A stretch of 64,000 bases of DNA, from positions 37,839 through 101,838 of the forward strand of contig MHTJ01000004.1 in NCBI GenBank assembly GCA_001823065.1, in the 5' to 3' direction. Shown here in pieces: positions 54,811-64,000 of the stretch. How positions within the stretch are numbered: the stretch's first letter is position 1; every line of letters starts with the position of its first letter. A model generated the notes under the pieces. The model had not been told where the DNA came from and made no database searches. It saw only the letters and a list, made by a program, of their open reading frames with translations. This DNA comes from Candidatus Vogelbacteria bacterium RIFOXYD1_FULL_44_32. Its GTDB lineage: Bacteria; Patescibacteriota; Minisyncoccia; Phycocordibacterales; XYD1-FULL-46-19. The position numbers and the translations under genes were made by a program.

Positions 54811-55407
54811 ATGAATACTGAAATCGAAGCCAAGTTTTTAAATATAGACCATGATGATATCCGCCGCCGCCTCACGGCGGCGGGTGCGACTTGTGTTTCC
54901 CCTATGCGTCTTATGCGGCGGGCGATTATCGACTATCCTGACCGGCGTCTGCAGATTGGGCCGCCTAATTCGTACATTCGGGTTCGAGACGAGGGTGACA
55001 AGGTTACCCTGACCTACAAACAGTTCAGTTCCCTGAGTGTGGCTGGTGCCGAAGAGGTGGAGGTAGTTGTTGATTTGTTTGAAGACACGATCAAAGTTTT
55101 TACTTCTATCGGTTTGGAGGTAGTTTCGTTGCAAGAGTCAAAACGCGAGACCTGGGAGTGTGACGGTTGTGAAGTGGTTCTCGACGAGTGGCCGTGGCTT
55201 TCGCCGTATATTGAGATCGAGGGCGATTCGGAAGGGGAGTTAAAAATGCTTGCCGCCAAACTTGCTCTTGATTGGAGTAGTGCGGTTTTTGGTGATGTGA
55301 TGGTGGCCTATCGGGCCGAATACCCGAATCTTATTGCCGACCAGACGGTGGGAAAGTTGCCGGAAGTTAAGTTTGATGTGCCACCACCAGAGTTTATGAA
55401 AAAGTAA
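54811..55407 (+). CDS. CYTH-domain protein (class IV adenylyl cyclase / triphosphatase fold)
   Basis: N-terminal EIEAKFL motif and the acidic beta-barrel pattern typical of CYTH domains. Confidence 0.65.
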   Translation: MNTEIEAKFLNIDHDDIRRRLTAAGATCVSPMRLMRRAIIDYPDRRLQIGPPNSYIRVRDEGDKVTLTYKQFSSLSVAGAEEVEVVVDLFEDTIKVFTSIGLEVVSLQESKRETWECDGCEVVLDEWPWLSPYIEIEGDSEGELKMLAAKLALDWSSAVFGDVMVAYRAEYPNLIADQTVGKLPEVKFDVPPPEFMKK

Positions 55408-55545
55408 AATAGTGGCGGTGGCGCTTATATTTACTTTCGGCTATTGGAAGGGCGAAAAACCGCGCTGGCAGTGGGGCCCACCAAAAGACAAGGAATAAAC
55501 TAGAATCTTTTCTAATACGTAGTCTACAAAAGCAGACTAAGAACT

Positions 55546-57222
55546 ATGCTAAAAGTTAAGAAAATCAGCAAGAGCTATGGTACAAAAGTCGTGTTCTCCG
55601 ACGTTTCCTTTATCTTGGAGCGTGGGCAGAGAGCGGCTTTAGTTGGTGGTAATGGGGTTGGCAAGACGACCCTGCTTAAAATTGTAGCTGGTTTGAACGA
55701 GGTAGAAAGTGGTCAAGTTGAAGTCAGTCGGGGTACTTGCCTTGGCTACTTGCCTCAAGATACCAGCCTAGCTGGAAATGAGACGATTTGGGACTATCTA
55801 CATCGAGTGACCGGTGTCAAAGCCTTGGAGGAAGAATTGGCCAAGCTTGAGAGTGGTTTGAGTAATAAAACAACAGATGAACAATACGCTCTGCTTCGCG
55901 AGCGCTACGATCATCTTGATGGTTACTCTCTCAAACATCGTGCCGAGGTCATGATGTCAGGTTTTAGTATGGACGATATTGGGCTCGATCGGCCTATATC
56001 TGATCTGTCTAGTGGCCAAAAGAGCAAGGTTGCCTTGATTGGCATCCTACTTGCTAGTGTTGATCTACTCCTACTGGACGAGCCAACGAACAACCTAGAT
56101 CTTCCTGCTCTGATTTGGCTCGAAGATTTCTTGTTGAAGTCTGATGTTGCGTGCATTATTGTATCTCACGACCGGCGCTTTTTGGATCGAGTAACTGACC
56201 GAGTTTTTGAACTTGATCGTCAAACCCATTCGTTGAACGTGAGCAATGGCTCATACAGCGAGTATCTCGAGAGGAAAGCAAAGGATCGAAACCGACAGAA
56301 AGAGCAGTATCGCCAACAACAAGAGGAGATTGGTCGACTTACTGAACAGGCTAGGGAAAAGAAGGAAGCAGCAACTCGCGGTTCTCGCTGGCAAGGAAAG
56401 GACAATGATAAGTTTCTCCGTGGCTTCAAACGGGACAAAGCATCAAAGTCAGGCAAGGTCGCTAAAGTCCTGGAAAAGCGCATTGAGCAGATGGACAAAG
56501 TCGAACGAGTTGTTGATCGTGAACCCTTGTCGATTTTGCTTGAAGCACATAGCAACGGAAGTCCAATGGATATCTTGCTTGATCAAGTCGTCGCTGGTTA
56601 TTCTGGTCGGTTCCAAATAGGACCTATCAGTTTGGCTATTAGTTACGGTAATCGGGTGGGATTTCTTGGACTAAACGGCAGTGGTAAGTCTACAATCTTG
56701 AAGACAATCACTGGTAGCCTAACCCCAATTTCGGGCCAAATATCAATTGGTTCTGGATTGAGAATAGGCAACATGATGCAAGAGCATGAGACTCTTCCTC
56801 GTGATGACACCCTGCTCTCTTTTGTCAAAAGGCGGACGGGACGGATTGACCAGGAAGTTTTTGCTGTATTAGTCAAGTTTGGCTTCGACGAGAAAGGTAT
56901 TCGGGGCAAAATTGCCGAGATCAGTCCTGGGGGGCGGGCTCGACTACTGCTCAGTCTATTCTCCCTGTTGTCGGTCAACGCTTTGGTACTGGATGAACCA
57001 ACAAACCATCTTGACGCAGAAGCAGTTGATGCGCTCGAGGAAGTGCTGTCGGACTATCGGGGAACGGTAATCCTTGTCTCGCACGATCGAGATTTTCTTG
57101 AAAAGGCGAGGATTGATTTCGCTTATCTGGTAGCCGACAACAAGTTGACCAAAGTTGACGACTTTCATCAGTATGTCGCCATGGCCGAACAAAAGGCGCG
57201 CAAGTTGCTTAGAACCATTTAA
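55546..57222 (+). CDS. ABC-F family tandem-ATPase protein
   Basis: Two ABC cassettes (GGNGVGKTT...LSSGQKSKVALIG...LLLDEPTNNLD; GLNGSGKST...SPGGRARLLLS...LVLDEPTNHLD) with an inter-domain linker. Confidence 0.8.
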   Translation: MLKVKKISKSYGTKVVFSDVSFILERGQRAALVGGNGVGKTTLLKIVAGLNEVESGQVEVSRGTCLGYLPQDTSLAGNETIWDYLHRVTGVKALEEELAKLESGLSNKTTDEQYALLRERYDHLDGYSLKHRAEVMMSGFSMDDIGLDRPISDLSSGQKSKVALIGILLASVDLLLLDEPTNNLDLPALIWLEDFLLKSDVACIIVSHDRRFLDRVTDRVFELDRQTHSLNVSNGSYSEYLERKAKDRNRQKEQYRQQQEEIGRLTEQAREKKEAATRGSRWQGKDNDKFLRGFKRDKASKSGKVAKVLEKRIEQMDKVERVVDREPLSILLEAHSNGSPMDILLDQVVAGYSGRFQIGPISLAISYGNRVGFLGLNGSGKSTILKTITGSLTPISGQISIGSGLRIGNMMQEHETLPRDDTLLSFVKRRTGRIDQEVFAVLVKFGFDEKGIRGKIAEISPGGRARLLLSLFSLLSVNALVLDEPTNHLDAEAVDALEEVLSDYRGTVILVSHDRDFLEKARIDFAYLVADNKLTKVDDFHQYVAMAEQKARKLLRTI

Positions 57223-57227
57223 CACAG

Positions 57228-57324
57228 GGTCTGCATGGATTTATTCCAAGCAGGCCCTTTCTTTACCCTTAATAGCTAGTATTTTTTATAAAAATTCCCC
57301 TGACGCGCGAAGCGCGTCAGGAGG
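57228..57324. terminator. Two hairpins (gggtctgc...gcaggccc + T tract; perfect palindrome ctgacgcgcgaagcgcgtcag), probably a bidirectional terminator region
   Basis: Read directly from the sequence. The second palindrome shares the gcgcttcgcgc core seen in the terminators at 27861 and 60755. Confidence 0.6.
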
Positions 57325-57358
57325 TGGGTGGGGGTGGTAGAGAGAAAAGTGGAAGAGG

Positions 57359-57541
57359 CTAACGACTGACCCACTGTTCTTCCTTTTGCAACTCCAAGCG
57401 ATAGAGTAGGGCGAGCACGTCGCCCGCAATAGCCAAGACAGGGTGCGGGTACGGGCTGATGCGCTCGCTCGAGGTGTCGGTCTTCGGGTTCCAGTCTGGT
57501 GACACCGGCGGGTGGATAGGGGGAGTGTTTCCTTCTACCAT
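57359..57541 (-). CDS. Small hypothetical protein (60 aa), SD-led, minus strand
   Basis: Reverse complement shows AAGGAG 8 nt upstream of the ATG. The palindrome at 57301-57321 follows as a terminator. Confidence 0.4.
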   Translation of the reverse strand: MVEGNTPPIHPPVSPDWNPKTDTSSERISPYPHPVLAIAGDVLALLYRLELQKEEQWVSR

Positions 57542-57749
57542 TTTCTATTCTCCTTCTTTGTGTAAAGACCAAAGCAAAAGCCCTCCGGGTGGAGGGCTTG
57601 CGGGTATTTGATTCCAGACTTCGGAATTACGCACCAGCAAAACCTCCACTAGAGGTGGCAAGGAGGAGCTGTAGCAAATTAACATAATTAGCTTTCATAT
57701 TTATAGGGTAGCAGAGTGAAAAAATCTGGCAAGACTATTTTCTCCACAA

Positions 57750-59696
57750 CTATTTCACAAATTCAAAATCAACGGTTTTTTTGGACAGGTCGGCGCCAAC
57801 CAATTTCATCTTTACTTTGTCACCCAGTCGAAAGGCAGTGCCGCGCTTTTTGCCGATTAGGGCAAACTTTTTCTCGTCATATTCGTAAAAGTCATCACCA
57901 AGAGAACCAAGGCGGACCAGCCCCTCGGTCTTGGTTTCGCTTTCTTCCACAAACATTCCCCAGTCAGTGACACCAGAAATTATACCAGCAAAAGTTTGGC
58001 CAATTTTCTCCAGCATAAATTCTACTTGTTTGTAGCGAATAGAGTCGCGCTCGGCTTCGGCAGCTTTAATTTCCATTTCGGTCGAGTGGACCACGTCTTC
58101 GGCGATCGAGGTGAGAGTGGCGGGAGTGGGTTTTTTATCAGCTAGATAATCAGCGAGCAAGCGGTGGACCAAAACATCGGGGTAGCGACGAATCGGTGAA
58201 GTAAAGTGGGTGTAATAGGTGAAAGCCAAACCCCAATGGCCAATATTACGGGTTGAATAAATTGCTTTAGACATGGCGCGGACGGCGGCCCGATTGATAA
58301 TATCTTCTTCGGGTTGGCCTGAAGCTTTGGTGAGCAAAGCGTTTAAATCAATCGGTGATATTTTCTCGTCAACAATTTTAATATTATAGCCCAAGGGGGT
58401 GAGAAAATTTTGTAAATTAATTATTTTTTCAATATTAGGGTAGTCGTGAATCCGATAGACGAAAGCATCGTCCTTGCCTTGGTGGGCCTTAGCCGCGTAC
58501 TCGGCTACTTTTTTATTGGCCAAAAGCATAAAGTCTTCAATCAGTAAGTTGGACTCAATCCGCTCTTTTTTATAAACCTCGAGGGGTTTACCATCTTTAT
58601 CTAATTTAAACCGGACTTCAGAGTCTTCAAAAGAAATTGCTCCCGCTTCAATTTTTTTGGCCCGAAGACCGCGGGCAATATCACGCAGAGCTAGTAGGTT
58701 GTCATATTGTTCACCAGCTCCGGCATCTAATATGTTTTGGACTTCCTCGTAAGTAAAACGACGGTCGGAGTTGATAATAGTGCGACCATACCACTGGTCT
58801 TTAATCTGGCCCGTGCGGTCTAAAACAAACACCGAAGCAAAAGTGAGGCGGTCTTCGTGGGGGACCAAACTGCAGACATTGTTGGATAGGACCTCGGGCA
58901 ACATCGGAATAGTGCGGTCGACCAAGTAAATAGAAGTAGCGCGTTTGCGGGCCTCGCGGTCAAGCGCCGTACCAGGGCGAACATAGTGTGATACGTCAGC
59001 AATGTGGATACCAACTTCGAAATCACCATTGGGTAAAGTTTTAATCGATAGGGCGTCGTCGAAGTCTTTGGCGTCCAGCGGGTCAATCGTGCAGGTAAAA
59101 GTATCTCGAAAGTCCCGGCGGTTTTTAGCGTCGGCTTGTATATGAGCAGTGGCATCTCTTTCGATTAGTTTGGCTTCAGTTTCGACCGCTTCGGGAAAAT
59201 CGAGATCAAAACCTCGTTCGAGGACAATCGCGCGCATTTCGGTTTCGTGGGCGCCGGGCTGGCCGATGACAGATACAATCTGGCCGCGCGGATTTTTTTC
59301 GCCTGCTGGCCAGTCGGTCATCTCGACCAAAATTTTGTCGCCAAGATTAGCCCCGGTGGCTTTTAGGTCGGGAGTCGGGGAGAGTAAAATATCGACGTAT
59401 AATTTTTTGTCGTCAGGAACCAAAAAATACGAACCGTTGTCTTCGTCGAGAATGCCGACAAATTGATTTTTGGCCCGTTTGATAATATTTAGCACTTCAC
59501 CAGTCTGATCTTCACCACGTTTAGGGTGAAGGAGGATAGAGACAGTGTCGCCGTTTAGAGCGGTGTGTAAGAAGCCATTTTCAATTTCGACAAAATTACC
59601 AGTTTGGTCATTGAGGACAAAACCTAGACCTTTGCCGTTGATTTTTATGATGCCTTCGAGGGATTGTTTAGCAGATTGTTCTTTTTTAATATTCAT
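57750..59696 (-). CDS. rnr: Ribonuclease R
   Basis: RNB domain (DPLDAKDFDDALSI) and a C-terminal S1 domain. Confidence 0.9.
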   Translation of the reverse strand: MNIKKEQSAKQSLEGIIKINGKGLGFVLNDQTGNFVEIENGFLHTALNGDTVSILLHPKRGEDQTGEVLNIIKRAKNQFVGILDEDNGSYFLVPDDKKLYVDILLSPTPDLKATGANLGDKILVEMTDWPAGEKNPRGQIVSVIGQPGAHETEMRAIVLERGFDLDFPEAVETEAKLIERDATAHIQADAKNRRDFRDTFTCTIDPLDAKDFDDALSIKTLPNGDFEVGIHIADVSHYVRPGTALDREARKRATSIYLVDRTIPMLPEVLSNNVCSLVPHEDRLTFASVFVLDRTGQIKDQWYGRTIINSDRRFTYEEVQNILDAGAGEQYDNLLALRDIARGLRAKKIEAGAISFEDSEVRFKLDKDGKPLEVYKKERIESNLLIEDFMLLANKKVAEYAAKAHQGKDDAFVYRIHDYPNIEKIINLQNFLTPLGYNIKIVDEKISPIDLNALLTKASGQPEEDIINRAAVRAMSKAIYSTRNIGHWGLAFTYYTHFTSPIRRYPDVLVHRLLADYLADKKPTPATLTSIAEDVVHSTEMEIKAAEAERDSIRYKQVEFMLEKIGQTFAGIISGVTDWGMFVEESETKTEGLVRLGSLGDDFYEYDEKKFALIGKKRGTAFRLGDKVKMKLVGADLSKKTVDFEFVK

Positions 59697-59758
59697 GTAA
59701 GTGTGAGTATAGCAGTAAATATTGACCTCGACTAGGATTTCTGCTACGATACGGCGGT

Positions 59759-60268
59759 ATGTTAAAACTAAGATTACAACGGGTAGGACGCAAAAATGAC
59801 CCCTCGTTTCGGGTGGTTGTTACTGAGTCCCAAAATGGCCCCCAGAGTGGGAAATTTTTAGAAGTGCTTGGTTCTTATGATGCTCGTCAAGGTGTACCCC
59901 AATTAAAGGGTGACCGGATTAAACATTGGATTGCCATGGGGGCCCAGGTTTCTGCTACGATGCATAATATGCTGGTGCGGTTTGGCGTCATTGAAGGTAA
60001 AAAGATAAATAACTTACCGGCGCTAAAACCAGTAGAGCCTAAAGCTGACAGCTCGGCCACGGAAGCAAAACCAGAAGCCAAGCCAGAGGGGGTGGAGGAA
60101 AAGACTGAGGAAGTAAAGGCGGAGGCAGAAGTGGTTGCTGAAGAGCCGGTAGCAGAAGCTCCAGTAGTAGAAGCCCCCGCCGAAGTTGCAGAACCAGCCG
60201 AGGCGGTACCTGCTCCAGCCGAGGTAGCCGAGGAAGTAGTGACAGCAGAAGAAAAACCAGCCGAATAA
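59759..60268 (+). CDS. rpsP: 30S ribosomal protein S16 with Ala/Glu/Pro-rich C-terminal extension
   Basis: MLKLRLQRVGRKNDPSFRVVV S16 N-terminus. Confidence 0.85.
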   Translation: MLKLRLQRVGRKNDPSFRVVVTESQNGPQSGKFLEVLGSYDARQGVPQLKGDRIKHWIAMGAQVSATMHNMLVRFGVIEGKKINNLPALKPVEPKADSSATEAKPEAKPEGVEEKTEEVKAEAEVVAEEPVAEAPVVEAPAEVAEPAEAVPAPAEVAEEVVTAEEKPAE

Positions 60269-60413
60269 ATTAATTTTTTCAGCCAGCACGCTAAGTCACT
60301 TTTTAGTGATTAGCGTGCTTTGACTTTTGACCGGCTTTTTTTTAGAATTAAGTAAACAGATGCCGCTGATGTGGGCATCTAAAATTAATAAGAGTTTTTT
60401 AGCAAATACTAAA

Positions 60414-60731
60414 ATGGCTGAAAATTACGCTGATAAAGATTTTCTAGAAATGGTAGTCAAAGCATTGGTTGATCACCCGCAAGATGTAAAAGTTGAGCGT
60501 AAGGTAGATGAAATGGGTGTGCTGGTTTCTCTAGATGTGCATGCCGAGGATATGGGTAAGATTATTGGTCGGCAAGGCAACACGGCGAAGGCGATCCGAA
60601 CTTTGTTGCGAGTAGTTGGTATGAAAAATAATGCGCGGGTTAATTTGAAAATAAATGAGCCAGCCGGTAGTTTGCGGGGGCAAAGTGCCGCCGCGTCGGT
60701 GGACCAAGTGATGGAGGATTTGAAGATGTAA
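60414..60731 (+). CDS. KH-domain RNA-binding protein (YlqC-like)
   Basis: KH motif IGRQGNTAKAIRTLL. It has the conserved position between rpsP and trmD. Confidence 0.7.
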   Translation: MAENYADKDFLEMVVKALVDHPQDVKVERKVDEMGVLVSLDVHAEDMGKIIGRQGNTAKAIRTLLRVVGMKNNARVNLKINEPAGSLRGQSAAASVDQVMEDLKM

Positions 60732-60738
60732 ATTTTTT

Positions 60739-60778
60739 AAAACCCCCCAACGGCGCTTCGCGCCGTTGGGGGGTTTTG
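60739..60778 (+). terminator. Rho-independent terminator
   Basis: Hairpin aaaaccccccaacggcgcttcgcgccgttggggggttttgg. Confidence 0.85.
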
Positions 60779-60825
60779 GTTTTGACTATTTTCAAAACAA
60801 AAAAAATGTGTTATTGTTTTAATCA

Positions 60826-61476
60826 ATGAATTTCCATATTATTTCGGTGGTACCCGAGGCGCTGGCGAGCTATTTAAATAGCTCGATTATTGGTCGCGCT
60901 GTGGGGACCAAAAAAATCAAGGTCAAAATTTTGAACCCGCGCGACTTTACGAAAGACAAACACAAAAAAGCGGATGAGCGCCCGTATGGCGGTGGGCCGG
61001 GGATGGTGCTAAAGGCTCTGCCTATTTTACAGGCCACCGAAAAAATCCTCGCGCGCAAAGACCCAAAGAAAACCAAGGTCATTATTTTTTCACCGGGCGG
61101 AAAGTTATTTACGAATGAGCTTGCGGCTCAGTGGGCAAAAAAATATACCGATATTGTGATGATTTCCGGTCGCTACGAAGGTATTGATGGCCGAGTGAAG
61201 AAAATTTTAAAGGCCGAAGAGATATCGGTTGGGCCGTATGTGCTCACTGGTGGGGAACTGCCGGCACTGATTGTTTTGGATACAGTGACGCGCAAGCTGC
61301 CGGGGGTGCTAGGTAAAGACGCGTCGGTGGAGGAAAGGCGGGTGGCCTCGGGCGAGGTTTATACTCGGCCGGAAATTTTGGAATATAAAAAGAAAAAGTA
61401 TCGGGTGCCGAAAGTCCTCTTGTCGGGCCACCACCAGAATATCGACGGCTGGCGCGGGGAGAGGAAGTCGCTCTAA
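60826..61476 (+). CDS. trmD: tRNA (guanine37-N1)-methyltransferase
   Basis: TrmD motifs PYGGGPGMV and ISGRYEGIDGRV. Confidence 0.9.
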   Translation: MNFHIISVVPEALASYLNSSIIGRAVGTKKIKVKILNPRDFTKDKHKKADERPYGGGPGMVLKALPILQATEKILARKDPKKTKVIIFSPGGKLFTNELAAQWAKKYTDIVMISGRYEGIDGRVKKILKAEEISVGPYVLTGGELPALIVLDTVTRKLPGVLGKDASVEERRVASGEVYTRPEILEYKKKKYRVPKVLLSGHHQNIDGWRGERKSL

Positions 61477-61511
61477 TTTAACCGAGCACCAAGACTTTAG
61501 CTGGTGCTTGG

Positions 61512-61539
61512 TTGACACTTTTTTACCGTCTGGTATACT
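61512..61539 (+). promoter_or_regulatory. Near-consensus sigma70-type promoter (TTGACA-16nt-TATACT) for the rpoB leader
   Basis: TTGACA at 61512-61517 and TATACT at 61534-61539. Confidence 0.55.
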
Positions 61540-61812
61540 GTCCCCAATTCGGCAAGATTGAGTTGCGACCGCCGTCCGAAGCAACGTTTCTTGCATTTAT
61601 CTCAGATGGTTTTAAGCCCGAAGCGTCAAGCAGAGGGAGTTCTGTGGTTTGGTTTCATTTGTCATTTCTTTTTCGGCAGATGTTTTCTGGAGTACGGATA
61701 TTTTCTTGCTAGAAAATTCCTCGAGCTCGCGCCGCCGCGCTCCCTAGTCTCCAGCAAACACCCGCCTTCAACGAAATGATTTTGGGTAATTATTTTTTAA
61801 TAATAATTTTTA

Positions 61813-64000
61813 ATGGAGCAAAAAACTTTTTCGCGGTTTAAAAAACCGCTCGCTGAGATCCCGAATCTAATGGAACTACAGACCACCTCGTATCAGTGGC
61901 TGGTGAAGTTGGGGCTAAAAGAATTGTTTGAAGAATTTTCGTCAATCAAAGATTACTCGGAAAAGAAGTTTCAACTTGATTTTACTAGTTTTCAGCTCGA
62001 TGAACCAAAATACGACGAGCATTATGCGAAGGAAAACAAACTTTCTTATGACGCTCCCTTGCGCGTCAAGGTCAAGCTCCACAACAAGACTTTAAATCAG
62101 GACAAAGAACAGGAAATCTTTTTGGCTGATTTCCCACTTATGACCGCACACGGGACGTTTATTATCAACGGTATCGAGCGGGTGGTTGTGCCCCAGCTAG
62201 CGCGGTCGTTTGGTGTCTTTTTTACCGACAATGATATTCGTGGGAATAAATATTTTGGGGCAAAAATCATTCCCTCACGCGGGGTTTGGATTGAATTTGA
62301 GACGGAAGCGGATGGAGCTATTTATGTCCGCATCGACCGCAAGCGCAAGTTTCCGGTGAGTTCGCTGTTGCGGATTTTAGGTGATTTGGCAGGGCAAAAG
62401 ATGGAGGGGGAGGATATGGAAAAATTGTTTGCTGACCAAGGGGTAGATATAAATTATATTAAAGCCACCTTAGCCAAAGACCACGCCAAAACGGCCGAAG
62501 ATTCCTATGTCGAGGTCTATAAACGTTTGCGTGATTCTGACCTAGCCACGGCGGCCAATTCGAAAGAATTTGTGTCTAGTCTTTTTACGCGGGAAAAATA
62601 TGACTTTTCAGTGGTGGGGCGGATGCGGTTTAACGAGCGCTTCAACTTACCAAATACCGATAAAACTAGAGAAAAAAGAATCATCGATTTAGCCGATGTG
62701 GTTTTGATTATTGCCCATGTTATTACCCTAAACACCACTAAAGGGGCTAAAGCCGACGATATTGACCACCTCGGATTTAGACGAGTGCGGTCAGTGGGGG
62801 AAATGTTACAACAGAAATTGAAAGTGGGTATGACCCAAATGAAGCGTAATATTCAAGATCGGATGTCGACCGTGGAAGCGACCACTTTGCTTCCTATTCA
62901 ACTGATCTCACCTCGCCCCCTTCAGGCCCGCTTGAAAGAATTTTTTACGACTAACCAGCTGTCTCAATTTATGGGGCAGGAAAACGTCTTGGCCGAAATC
63001 GAGCACCTGCGTCGTTTGTCCGCTCTCGGACCGGGCGGTCTTACTCGCGAACGGGCTGGGCTCGAGGTACGTGATGTGCACACCTCCCACTATGGTCGGG
63101 TGTGTCCGATTCACACCCCCGAAGGGCCAAATATTGGTCTGATTCTTTATTTATCTTCTTACGCTCGAGTCAATGAATACGGTATTATTGAATCGCCTTA
63201 TCGCAAAGTGCTCAATGGTAAAATTACCGAGGAGCTAATATTCCTCAATGCTTTAGAGGAAGAAAAATATAATATTGCGCATGCGGGGGTACGTTACGAC
63301 GACACGGGCAAACTTTTAGATGAAATGGTGGAGGTGCGGGTAAATGCCAAACCGGGTTTGATTGCTGCCAAAGAGGTGAATTTGATTGATGTCGCTCCAA
63401 ACCAGGCGTACTCGATTGCTACTTCGATGATTCCATTTCTGGAGCACGATGATGCCAACCGCGCGCTGATGGGTTCAAATATGCAGAAACAGTCCGTACC
63501 TCTTTTGGTACCAGAAGCCCCCTTGGTTGCGACTGGAGTAGAAGGTAAAGTGGCTCGCGACTCGGGACGCATAATTTGTGCCCAGCGGAGCGGGGTGGTA
63601 AGCAAAGTTGATGGTCGTCATGTGGCGGTCAAAAATGATGATGGGAAAGTGGAAGCTTATGATTTGGTTACTTTTTCTAAAACTAATAATGACTCAATCT
63701 TTCACCAGCGAGCAGTGGTGGGGATTGGCCAGAAAGTGAAAAAAGGGGATTTGTTGGTAGACACCTCATCTTCAGACCAGGGCCAAGCGGCCGTGGGTCA
63801 AAATGCCTTGGTGGCTTTTATGTCTTGGTATGGGGCCAACTACGAAGATGCGATTATTATTTCCGAACGGTTGGTAAAAAACAGTAAATTTTCTTCTGTT
63901 TGTATTGAAGAATTTCAAGCCGATGTCCGTGATACTAAACTAGGGCCAGAAATTACGACCCATGATATTCCTAATGTGGGTGAAGGTAAGTTGCGCAATC
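61813..64000 (+). CDS. rpoB: DNA-directed RNA polymerase beta subunit (3'-truncated by window edge)
   Basis: Frame open from ATG 61813 to the window end. N-terminus LMELQTTSYQWL, then FFTTNQLSQFMGQEN and the signature GRVCPIHTPEGPNIGLI. Confidence 0.9.
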   Translation, partial: MEQKTFSRFKKPLAEIPNLMELQTTSYQWLVKLGLKELFEEFSSIKDYSEKKFQLDFTSFQLDEPKYDEHYAKENKLSYDAPLRVKVKLHNKTLNQDKEQEIFLADFPLMTAHGTFIINGIERVVVPQLARSFGVFFTDNDIRGNKYFGAKIIPSRGVWIEFETEADGAIYVRIDRKRKFPVSSLLRILGDLAGQKMEGEDMEKLFADQGVDINYIKATLAKDHAKTAEDSYVEVYKRLRDSDLATAANSKEFVSSLFTREKYDFSVVGRMRFNERFNLPNTDKTREKRIIDLADVVLIIAHVITLNTTKGAKADDIDHLGFRRVRSVGEMLQQKLKVGMTQMKRNIQDRMSTVEATTLLPIQLISPRPLQARLKEFFTTNQLSQFMGQENVLAEIEHLRRLSALGPGGLTRERAGLEVRDVHTSHYGRVCPIHTPEGPNIGLILYLSSYARVNEYGIIESPYRKVLNGKITEELIFLNALEEEKYNIAHAGVRYDDTGKLLDEMVEVRVNAKPGLIAAKEVNLIDVAPNQAYSIATSMIPFLEHDDANRALMGSNMQKQSVPLLVPEAPLVATGVEGKVARDSGRIICAQRSGVVSKVDGRHVAVKNDDGKVEAYDLVTFSKTNNDSIFHQRAVVGIGQKVKKGDLLVDTSSSDQGQAAVGQNALVAFMSWYGANYEDAIIISERLVKNSKFSSVCIEEFQADVRDTKLGPEITTHDIPNVGEGKLRN

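Overview
The window reads as a compact, gene-dense bacterial chromosome segment, almost all on the + strand. Gene content suggests a Candidate Phyla Radiation / Patescibacteria-like organism; that is inference from the gene set only. It carries translation, replication and central-carbon housekeeping genes: pyrG (3' part), murB, gatB, gap, rpiB, rpe, a split transketolase, gpsA, glpK, fba, rplY, rpmE, prfA, rpsB, tsf, pheS, pheT, gyrB, thrS, dnaE, rnhB, rpmF, nusB, rnc, smc, rnr, rpsP, trmD and the rpoB 5' part. TGA is used as a stop codon, so the standard code applies. There are two tRNAs, Gln-CUG and Thr-UGU. Many genes look leaderless, with a -10 box 6-10 nt upstream of the ATG, whereas a few small ORFs have strong Shine-Dalgarno sites and consensus TTGACA-16nt-TATAAT promoters. 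The most interesting accessory content is: (1) a ~2.7 kb insertion bounded by a ~66 bp direct duplication of the pheT 3' end, whose cargo is a 672-aa fusion of a nucleoside 2-deoxyribosyltransferase/LOG-like domain to a trans-polyprenyl-synthase-like domain plus a small membrane protein; (2) structured ~110-180 nt intergenic repeats (three B copies, two A copies and a solo arm) that keep a conserved core while stems and hairpins change compensatorily; (3) an IS200/IS605-like HuH tyrosine transposase flanked by 27-bp palindromes with a third in-frame copy inside its own ORF; (4) a cytochrome-b5-like plus ferric-reductase/NOX-like operon; (5) a promoter-to-terminator GC-rich ~290-nt transcript with an SD-led 22-codon micro-ORF; and (6) a GC-rich structured region downstream of tRNA-Gln. 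No CRISPR array was found.
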